Source: a virus (Duplodnaviria > Caudoviricetes). From it: a DNA stretch of 61,667 bases. Location of the stretch: IMG/VR virus record IMGVR_UViG_3300020468_000006, positions 1 to 61,667 of that record; one strand, given 5' to 3'. Position numbers and translations under genes: made by a program. Shown one piece after another: positions 21,701-33,700 of the stretch; the stretch's first letter is position 1, and every line of letters starts with the position of its first letter. The notes beneath the pieces are model-generated. The model had not been told where the DNA came from. It searched no databases and saw nothing but the letters and a program-made list of their open reading frames with translations.

Positions 21701-24700
21701 GACTTATATCTCTTTCTAACCAGAATATCATCCTTGATAACATTGCTCAGACCACAATTACCCCTACTACTCTAACAAATGCAGCAGACAGAATTAATGC
21801 TGATTTCTTAGATTATGAAGAAGTAAGATCTACTGAGATCGAATATAACAACTTATCTGGTGGTGCTCTTGCTAATGATGATGTTATGCGTTCTGTTAAC
21901 GTAACTTATGGTAATACTACAGATGACGCTCTTAACAGATATAAGGATGCTGCTAGAAGTATAAGGAACAATAAACAAGAAATTATTGATTATGCAACAT
22001 CACAGATTGCAATTGACTATCCTGACTTCTATTATACTGGTGAAGCAGAAACTGCACCTTGGGGTAGATTTAGAGATGGTTATCGTCTAATACAGAAAAA
22101 CAAAGCATGGATCGTTGCTAAAGCATATCAGGACATGGTAGTTCAGTATCCTGGTTCTACAATCCCTAGTGCTACAAAATGTAAGAGAGATATCGGATAT
22201 ATGATCGATGCTCTATCAAGAGATACAGGATGGGGTGGAACAGTATATACACGTAAATTTATCCAGAAATACTTCTCTGCTGATGGTTTAACATATCTCT
22301 ATGTTAATGCTCAATCTAACGAGACAGTTTATGCATATGAGCAAGCATATGGATATATGCAGAATGCTATCCAAAACGATCTAACTGGATCTGAAACTAT
22401 CGATGCTGTTGCATATACCAAGTATAACGAGAGAACTAGTGGTCCTAACAACAATAGTGGAATCACTGCTGACCCTAATCCTGGTGGAAACTATGGAACT
22501 ACAGGAACTAACACTACTAACAATGGTACTGACAATTGTGCAGATGTACAAGCAGCACTACAAACTCTCTTTAATAACGTCAAGGAAGTATTAAATGCAG
22601 GTTCATTAACAGATCTTATTGACCTATCATTACCTGATGCTAATTACACTGCTAAAGAAATTAAGTGTAATAGAGACACAGGATACTTTGTTGATGCTAT
22701 TGCAGATGACTTAGATGGTGATGGTAACTTTGCAATCGTAACATTTACTAAAAAATTCTTTGATGCAAGCGGTATACCAATCAACAATGGTCTTCCAGAA
22801 ACAGAAGAAGCAATAACTGCATTTAACGCTGCTAAAGATCTATGTAAGCGTGCAATGAGAAACCTATTGTATAGTCAGACATTGACTACAAAAGGTTATA
22901 ACCTCAACGATCCTACAACTTACTCTGCTCCATACTTAGATGGTGGCGGTGGTACTACTGCACATTACTATGATCCTAACTATGCATCAGGATCTAATCA
23001 ACTTGATACAAACTGTGCAAACGTAGCATCTGCTATTGATACATTATCTAACCTTGCTACAACTGCATTTACTGGTGCTCAGTTTACTGCGTCAGGTGCA
23101 ACATACAATGCAGCAACTGGTGTGATGGTATTGACTATCGGTACTCACAGTTTAACAACTGCAGACACTGTTAGAATCGATGCTAATTCATTGACATTCA
23201 CATGTCTAATGGATGGTAACACTGCTAATAAAACATATCCAAGATCAACTGACCCTGCATATGAAACTCAGCGAGCAATCACTGCAACTACAAATAATAC
23301 AATCACTATCAACGTTGGTACATCTCCTCTAGTAAACCATGATGTTACTGGTGCAAATTACAACGTAACTTCAGGTGATTTACAATTAACAATCGGTGCA
23401 CATAACTTAGAAGTTGGAACTAGCATCAAGATTGCTACTGAATCATTAACATTCCAGTGTGCATATAACGGTGGTGGTACTAGCGTATATCCTCGTGCTT
23501 CAGGTGCTAACACTTCTAGTGGTGCTGACTATGCATATGACACTGCACTACCAATTACATCCAAAACTGGAACAACAATCACAGTTAATGTTAACGGTGG
23601 ACAGGGTGCTATCTCTAACACTGATGCCCATACATTTGTATCTGCAACAGCAGGTGCTGTTGTTTCTGGTGGTAACTATGCACATACCTTTGTAAGTGGA
23701 GTTGCTAACTCTATCAAGGCAGGTGGTAACCTTGACAATATTAATGCATTATCAGTTATATCTGATGGTACATACAGAGAGAATGAGAACATTCGTGTTA
23801 ACAAGTATGCCTATAAGGATAGAGGTGGTTCTGGATTCTTCGTTCCTGGTGATACTATTACAGGTGCAAAATCTGGTGCAAGTTTCGAACTTAAGGGTGC
23901 TAACTCTGGACTAAAATGGTTGTATGCTCAAACTGTTTCTGGAATACTAGAAAATAGAGAGTATATTACTAACACCAAGATGGTTAATAATCTAGGTGGT
24001 AGTAATGTCAACATGACACCTAGCAGTGCAGCGTATGATCCTCTTACTGGTCAACTAACACTTACTAGTACTGCTCATGGTTATTCAGTAGGAAATAAAA
24101 TCTCTCTTGCTAACAACTGCTTGACATTCAGTTGCGATATGGACGGTGGTAATGCAAGTAAGACATATCCAAGAACAACTGATCCTGTAGGACAAGGACA
24201 ACAACTTGATATCATCAGAACAACTGCAGATACATTTACTGTTGTTGTTGGTTCATCACCTATAGTTGAGAAAAATATAACAGGTGCAAACTATGATCCT
24301 GTTCTAGGTGAGATGCAGATCAATGTTGAGGGTGGACACAATCTTAACGTTGGTGAGAGTATTAGATTAAAACCTAATTCATTAGTCTTTACTTGTGACA
24401 CTGATGGTAATGCTACTGAGCACTCTTATCCTAGGGCATCTGGAGCAGGTAACCCTTCAGGTGGTGCTGACCCTGCTTACAATACTGCTGTTGCAATCAC
24501 TGCAGTTGGATTTAATACTTACACAGTAACTGATGCAACATACACTCCTCTAGATGGATCATTAGTTCTTAGTATTGTTAATCATGGAATGCAAAGTGGC
24601 GACAAGATTAAGATCGTTGATGGATCAATAAGATTTACATGTGCTAAAGATAATAATGCAACTAATCATGATTATCCAAGAACATCTGACCCAATCTCAT

Positions 24701-27700
24701 ATCAGTGGTATGATATTACTGTACTAGATGACAATAACATCGGTGTTAATGTTGGAGTATCTTCTGACACATCTGTACATACATTCGTATCTGCAAATTC
24801 TAACGGAGTACAAAAACAAGATGGCACTATTTTTATTAACGTTCTCGGAGGCTCTGCTCCTGCATCTGATACTTCTCCACACACTTTCATAAGAGCTACA
24901 GAGGGTGCTTTGATGACTGGTGGTGGATACACCCATCAGTTCGTATCAGCAGTAACTAACGGTGTTACTGTTTATCCTGCTAGTGTAAGACTTACCAACA
25001 CTCAAAAGCGTGCAGGTACTAAGTCTCTAGCATTTGATTCTGGTGCATACTTATCTTATGGTCTATCAGATATACCTGCATGGGGTACATCAGACTTTAC
25101 TATTGAGTTCTGGATCAGACCTACCACAGCAATGAATAGTACAAAGTATCTTGTTGATCTTCGTACAAGTGGTGCTACTGAAACTAACTCATTTAGTCTA
25201 TACATTGATAGTGGTAATCTAAAATGGAAACTCAATCAAACTGATCAAATAAGTGGTGCTCATGGTATGAGTCCAAATGTTTGGTATCATATTGCATTAA
25301 CAAGAACAAGTCAGATATTAAAACTTTGGGTCAATGGTTCTCAGGTAGGTAGTGACTACACAGATGCTGCTACTTACTATGAACGTAAGATGACTATTGG
25401 TGCTGAGTGGAATGGTCAGAATAACTTTGTTGGATTCATGGATAACTTCGTTATCTACCCAACAACTTCTAAGTACACTGCAACATTTACACCTCCTACA
25501 GTATTCCCAACATCAACAACTGACATCTCATTCTCTATGGACAATGAGTTGCCATTGATTATGAGCAACCAAGAGGCATATGCAACTTATACAGGTACTA
25601 CTAACTCTGCTGCTCAAGCAACTAGTATTGATTATGTTAACCGTGAAGTTATTGTTGAGGAGATTGAGATATCAAGAGACACACAACGTGCTTGTGCTGA
25701 TATCTTAGAACTTAACAGAGCATGGATTGCTGAGACTGCTGTTAATAAGATGAAGGCGAAATATCCTGATCTATTGATGCCTGGTGATACTGCTGATGGT
25801 GTAGGTCCTCAACTTGGTACTAACTTCTGTTTGAGAGATACTAAAGAATTCATTCTTAAAGGTGTTATCGAAGATTTACGTTATGGTGGTAACTATAATA
25901 GTACACTTGCTGCTAGAAACTACTTAACTGCATACGAAGGTCTAGATTACATCGCTAATGAAGTATTGATGTCTATCTACACTTATAGACTTCTTGCTCC
26001 AATCTGTAATTATGTTCTTACCACAACAAGCACTGATCTTAAGACATACGATGGAACTAAGTATACAGAGATACTAAGAATTCCTAATAACTTCTCATCC
26101 CCTGCTGCTCAATCTATACAAGATGAGATTACAAAACTATGTGATGATATTGGAGATGTTATAGGACCAACAGGTCAAAGATATAGAGACGCAGGTGATC
26201 TTCTATGGTTAAACAGAGATGTGATTGCTGCTGAAACTGTTGGTTGGTTGGAAGCAACGTATCAAGCAAATATTAACGGTACGACTTATGACTTCTATCA
26301 GAATCCTAATGCAAATCCTAATAAGTGCAGTTACGAAATCAAGCAATACATTATTCCTGCTGTTATTGCTGACTTGGTTACAGGTGGAACTTCTGCTATG
26401 CAGTACAACGCAAGCAAGTTCCTCAACAATAATAACGAACTTTATTCGGTTGACAATGAACTAAGTGCTGTAATTGATGCTTACAAGTTTGTTAAAATGC
26501 TTTGCGAGAAAGCAGTTAACAACACACTACTAACAAATGGAGTAGCATCTGGTGGTTTAGGTATTCCTTCTGCTTATCAGGATGACTACTATACAATGCA
26601 GTACACAACTTTAACAGTCTATAGAGATCCTACAATCACTATTGACCCAGAAGGTTATGATCCATCTCGTACAGCAAATGACAGACTTCTAGATACTGCT
26701 GAACTTCTAGAGAAGAATGCTAATGTAATTGCTTGGGAAGCAGTTCACACAATGAACGATCTTTCTAAGTTCCTTAACTTTACAGTTCCTGGTGGTGCTC
26801 AAAACTGTGTAGATGACGTTGTAGATATTATTGGTGCTGTTGGACATGACTTAAGAAAGGGTGGAAACAGTAAGACATACGAAGCTGCTAAACTATACCT
26901 TGACTCTGAAACTAATAATCTTATCCAGTTAAATGGTCGTCAGCATACTCATCAATTTGTAAGAGCAGAATTAAATGCAATCCAATCAGGTGGTACTTAC
27001 AATCATACATTTGTAACTTCATCAACTAATGCTGTTACTGCAAATGGTGGTGCACAATTTACTCCATCAAATGTTGTCTATCAACCTGCAACTGGTAACT
27101 TAATTCTTACCATGCCTAGTCATGGATTGACAACTTCTAATACTATTACTATTGCAGAGAACGGATTCACCTTCACTTGTGGAATGGATCAAGATGAAAG
27201 CAATCATACTTACCCACGTAAAGGTGATCCTGCATATGGCAAATCCATTGCTATCACTGGATATACACTATCTACAATTACAGTTAATGTTGGTGCTTCA
27301 CCTCTCGTTAACTATAACGTTTCTCAAGCATCATACGATGCAACTAACGGTGAATTAATATTAAGTATTGGTGCTCACCAATTAGCAGTAGGTAAGAGTT
27401 TCAGATTTAAGCAAGAGTCATTAGTATTCACATGTGATAGAGATGACTATGCAACTGAGCATGCTTATCCAAGATCTACTGATCCTACTTTTGACACTGC
27501 TGTAGATATTAGTGCTGTAGGAACAACAGCACATACTGCTACAAGTGCTGCATACGACCCATCAACAGGTGTTATGACATTGACTCTTAATGGTCATAAC
27601 TTAGCAGGAGAAACAACACACACTGCAACTGATGCTGCATATAATCCTGAGACAGGTATCTTAACTCTAACTGTTGGCAACCACGGATTTGCTTCTGGGG

Positions 27701-30700
27701 ATAGTGTAAAACTTGCTGATAATTCAGTTACATTTACATGTACTTTAGATAGTAATGCTACAAACCATGCATATCCAAGATCAACTGACCCTGCATCAGG
27801 ATCATTCTTACCAATCCGTAACGTAACTCAGAATACATTTGATGTACAAATATTAGAAACAATCCCATCTACTAACGTAACTGCACATACATTCGTATCT
27901 GCAACTACTAATGGAATTACAAAAGCAAATGATTATGTTTGGATAGAAGAAGATGCAGTTGTATTTACATGTGGTCAAGATGGTAATGGATCAAACCATG
28001 CATATCCAAGACCTCAGGATCCTGCATACAAAGCGTGGTTACCTATAACAAGAATCGATGCTAATAATTTCTCTGTACAGACTTTATCAACTGCACCTTC
28101 CACAAACACAACTCCACACGTATTTGTATCCTTCGCAACTGATGGACTTAAGAAACAAACAGGTACGATTACTTGTAATGTAGGTGTTGCACCTGGCGAA
28201 GATGCTGCAGGTATTAGTGTAATTAAGATCGCAACTGAGATTGCTCAGTTAACAATGAGAAATGCATTTGGTCGTGAGAACCTTTACATTTACAATCCCG
28301 ATGCAGGAACTGGTGATGGTGATGGTATAACTGGTGGTGGTTCAGAATCTATTGATAATGTCGATGTATCATCTTATGAAAGAAATGCTGTTAAGGATAG
28401 ATTCATTAACGCTGCTGATGTAATCGATAGAAACATTAGAGTTATTGCTGAAGAAACTATTGCTGCTGCTAAAGCACAGTATCCTTCACTTCAGATTCCT
28501 GGTGGAAATATTAACTGTGTACATGACTTAACTGACTTCTTATATGCTATCCAGTGGAACTTACGTCACGGTGGTAATAACAAGGTCTTCCATGCTGCTG
28601 AATACTATGTTAACGAAGGTCTAACACATGCTACTGAAGCAACATGGATTATGAATTATGCTAGAGATCTAGCAATTCAGGTAATGAGAAATGAGTCTCT
28701 TGCTCTTAACTATGGTGCTGATCCTTCATATGATACTGCTATTGATATTGTTGATATTGCATCTACATCTCACACAGCAACCAATGCTGCTTATAATGCA
28801 TCAACAGGTCTTCTAACCTTAACTATCTCAGGTCATGGATTTGATGTAGGAAACAGAATTAACATTGCTGACAACTCATTGACATTGACTTGCTCAATGG
28901 ATAATCAGAGAAGTAATCATGTATATCCAAGATCTACTGACCCTGTTAGTGGACAATGGTTACCAATCATTTCTAAGACTAATGACACATTTGTTGTTAA
29001 CGTTGGTACATCTAGACTTATTAAGTTTACACCTACTCAGGTCATTTACGAACCTAACACTGGTAACTTAATCCTAACAATAGGACCACACAAGTTAACA
29101 ACAGGAACTAACATCAAGATATTAGGTAACTCATTAACATTCACTTGTACTCAAGATGCTAATGCTACTAACCACACATATCCTCGTACAACTGACCCAA
29201 TCTATGATGAACCAGTTGCTATTGTTGGTACTACTGCTAACACTGTAACAGTTAACGTTGGTACATCTGTAATTAAGAACTATGATATTCATGGTGCAAA
29301 CTTTAACCACACAACTGGTAACATCGTTCTTTCAGTTGGTCCTCATGACTTTAGAACTGGACAGAGTGTTAAGTTAGCAACTAGTTCTTTAGTGTTTAGA
29401 TGTGATGAAGATGCACAAGCAACTGATCACGTATATCCTCGTGCTTCAGCACCTAATGGTCCTGACCCTGCTTGGAATACAAGCATCAATATTGACGCTG
29501 TTGGATACACACAGCATACACCAACAAATGCAACTTATAATTCATCTACTGGTGTTGTACAATTAACTCTTGCTAATCATGGATTAACAGGACACACAAC
29601 TCATACTCCAACCAATGCAGTATTCACACCTGCTGATGGTAAGATGGTTGTTACTCTTGCCAATCATGGTTTTGCAAATAACGATAGAGTTAAACTTGCT
29701 ATTGGAGCGATAACATTTACTTGTGCTTTGGATAATAATGCAACCCTTCATCCATATCCTAGACAGTATGGATCTAATGCACCTGGTGGATCTGACTATG
29801 CATTCGATAAGTGGATACAAGTTACTAACGTAACTCAAGATACATTCGAAATCAACGTTGGTATTTCCTCTAACACTACAACTCATACATTTATATCTGC
29901 TCTTACTAATGGTCTAACACATGCAGGAGACATGGTTAAGGTTGCAGAAAATGCACTAACATTTACATGTACTAAAGATGGAAACTCTGCTAACAAATCA
30001 TATCCTAGAACATCTGACCCATCATACGATGAGTGGTTACCTGTTACTAAGATTGATAACAATACTATTAGTATCGTTGTAGGTGACTCTGGTCCTAATG
30101 ATCAATACACTCACTCATTTGTATCCTTCGCATCTAACGGACTTTGGAAGCAAGACGGAACAATAACATTAGATGTTAACGATGGATCTGGTGCTATATC
30201 TAACCAGACAAACCACGTATTCCAGTATGCAGTATCTGGAGCATTGATAACTGGTGGTAACTATACACATACATTTAAGTCTGCAACTGCAGGTGCTGTA
30301 CAAACTGGTGGTAACTACACTCATGAGTTTGTATCTGCAACAGCAAATGGAATTAAGAGACAAGATCCTGCAGGTAATGTAACATTACAAGTTGGAACAT
30401 CTGGTCCTAATGATCAATACACTCACGCATTTGTAAGTGCTAACTCTGGTGCTTTGATAACTGGTGGTAACTATCAACATAGATTTGTTACTGCAGAATC
30501 ACAAGCAGTGATAACTGGTGGTAATTATCTACACACATTTGTAAGTGCTGCAACTAACGCAGTTGCTGTTGGTGGATCTCCTACTAACTTAACTCCTAAT
30601 GGAGCAACTTATGATGGTGAAACTGGTAAGTTAGTTCTATCATTTGCTTCAGCACATAACTTAACTAATTCCAATACTATCACAATTGCTGATAATGGAT

Positions 30701-33700
30701 TAAACTTCTCATGTACATTTGATGGTAACTCAACAGTTCATGGATATCCAAGATCTACTGACTATGCATCTGGACAGGTATTACAAGTAACTGAATGGAC
30801 AACAAACACAATTACAGTTAACGTAACTACAACTCCGATCGTTAACTATGATGTTACTAATGCAACTTATGATGCAGGTACAGGACACTTAGTATTAGAT
30901 ATTGGATCTGTAGGTGTTGCTACACTTAAAGGACCAACAGCAGGATTGACTGCTACTGATGCTTCATACGATCCATCAACAGGTGTCATGACATTGACTG
31001 TTACAGGTCACAATATGGCAAATGGAGACAGAGTTAACATTGCTGATAATTCATTAACATTCACATGTACACAAGGTTCAGGTAACCACTCTTATCCAAG
31101 ATCATCTGACCCTGCAAGTGGAAACTGGTTAGATATCTCTAACGTAACTACAAACACATTTGATGTACAGGTTCTAGAAAATATTCCTTCTACTAACACT
31201 ACAACTCATACATTTGTATCTGCAGTAAATGGTGGAATTACTAAGGCAGGTGAGAACATTAGAGTTAGAACTGACTCCTTGACATTTACATGTTCACAGG
31301 ATGATTACGCTACAACTCACACATATCCTCGTGCTAAAGATCCTGCATTCGATCGTCCAGTACCTATCGTTGCTAAGTCTGGTTCTACAATCACAGTTGA
31401 TGTTGGACAGTCACCTATCGTTGCTTACACACCAACAAATGCTACCTATGATCCTGCAACTGGATTCTTAGTATTGACTATCGGTGCACACAGTCTAGTT
31501 AATGGAACTACTGCTAAGTTAGCACCTAACTCATTGACATTCACATGCTCAAGAGATGGCAACACTGCACAGAAGACATATCCTAGAAGTGGACATAAGT
31601 TTAAGCAATCATTCTATAATGATCTAGATTACTACCCATACAATAAGGGTGATTATGTTATCACTGCTGATACTGAGAGTCCTCTATGTGCTGACGTAGC
31701 ATCTGCTATCACAACAATGATGGCAATCGTTACTGATTCTATTGCAACTCCTGCATCTCTAACAGATGGTACAATCACTAAGACTCTACCAACAATCTGG
31801 CCAGTTAAGTATGCACCTGAAATGGTAGAACGTGATGTTAGCATTACATACTATGCTGATGCAGGTGATAATTGGAACCAGACATGCCCTAACTCTGCTG
31901 CAGCGATAGAATCATTAATGAACATCGTTGTTGATACTATCAAGTTAGCGAAAGATGGTGGTGGTAGTCATCTAGATGCTATTGAGAAAGTAGAACCATG
32001 GACATTTAACAGACAGTATCAGACATGGACATGTTATAACGTTAAATCTTCTATCCATACATTATTCGATGTATTGATGAAGACATTATCAGGTGGATCT
32101 AAATCTGATCTTAAGTCTGCACGTCATATACTCTTTAATAAGCATGCGATAACTGCTAGAGCATATGAGAGAACAACTAACCAATATCCTGGTACTGCTG
32201 CAACACTTCAGTTTGCTGATGATATGGTTCATTCATTATTGTATGACCTTAACACAGGTGGTAACCAAGGTATGCTTAAGTTGGTTAACTCATGGTTCGA
32301 TGGTGAGGGTAACTTTATTGCATTCCAAGATGTTGTTAGACAGCACTTACTCTTCTACACAACACGTATTCGTGAATATGTAAAACGTGCATTATATGAT
32401 CAGAACAATACTACTCAGTGGGATGGTTATGATATCTACAAGGATACAACCAACACTGCTGCTATTGATGCTAGATTTGAGTATGAGTGGGAAAGTACAG
32501 AGTTTAGAATTGACAGTTCACTAAACCTTGCATACCATGGTCTAAACAGATCTGCACCTCCATCAAATAACCAAGTTACATTCATCAATAGTACTGATGC
32601 TACTAACTTACAGAATCTATATGATGAAGGTGAAGATTATAATACTGATCCAGAACTAGTTCTATTGACACCAACTATCGAAGTTGGATTCGAAAGAAGA
32701 GAAAGTGTTGTGAGAATTACACGTCCTAACTTCTTCTCTCGTGGTGACATCGTTGCTTATATCCCTGCCTCTGGTCAAATAGAACCTGCATTACAAGATC
32801 AAGATTACTACTATGTTCTAAACGCTACTGCAGAATGGTTTGAGATTGCTCGTGAGATTCGTCATGATGCAAGATACAGACTCTTCGAAGTTGATAGAAA
32901 TCTAACAGGTCAGCAAAGAGTACAAACAGTCGTACGTCAAGGTATTATCGTACCGACTGCAACATACGCAATGCGTGATTTGGATCAACCAATTAGTGCA
33001 GGATTTAACACTGCTGACATTCTTATTGGTGCAACATCTAATGCAACATCTGAGGTTATTAGAATACGTAATAACGAAGCAGATATCATTAAACTATACT
33101 ACAAGTATAACATCGATGCTGCTACAGGTAGATTCACAAATGGTGAAACAATACAGCAACAAGGTGCTACATCTAACAATGCTGTAGTTGTTCAGACTTC
33201 TGTATTGACTGGTGATGGAACTGACGAAGGTTGGATTTATGTAGAATCATTAAATGGTGCGTTATCAGATAACGCTGTTATGGAGGGAGTAACTTCAGGA
33301 CTAACTGCATCTATAAACGGAACACCAACAACTCGTATGTTGATCAACCTTAATAGAGGTCAGTTTGCTGCAGGTGAGAAAGTCTTTAATAAATCAAATG
33401 CTGCTACAGCAGATATAGTTTCCTACGAGAACTCAGCAGGTGCATTGGTAGGTAATACTGGTGGACGTATAACAATCGATATCGAAACTATACAGGAAGA
33501 CTTTACTGACGGTGATATAATCTATGGTTCTATTACTGATACAATCTTAGACATTGCTAATATCACTGCAGGTGGATTCGAAGCACTAGAACTTAATCAG
33601 TATGTACATGCTGTATCAACAATAGAATTAGACATCTCTAGTGTTGTTCGTGATGGTGGTTACAATGGTGACTTTAGTGCAGGTGACACAGTTTACTTAC

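Noticed and set aside
23080-31593. Repeats as a diversity-generating retroelement template/variable pair or a CRISPR array
   Set aside because: No reverse transcriptase or cas gene is in the window. The differences are not adenine-specific, spacing is irregular, and all repeats are in-frame protein modules.
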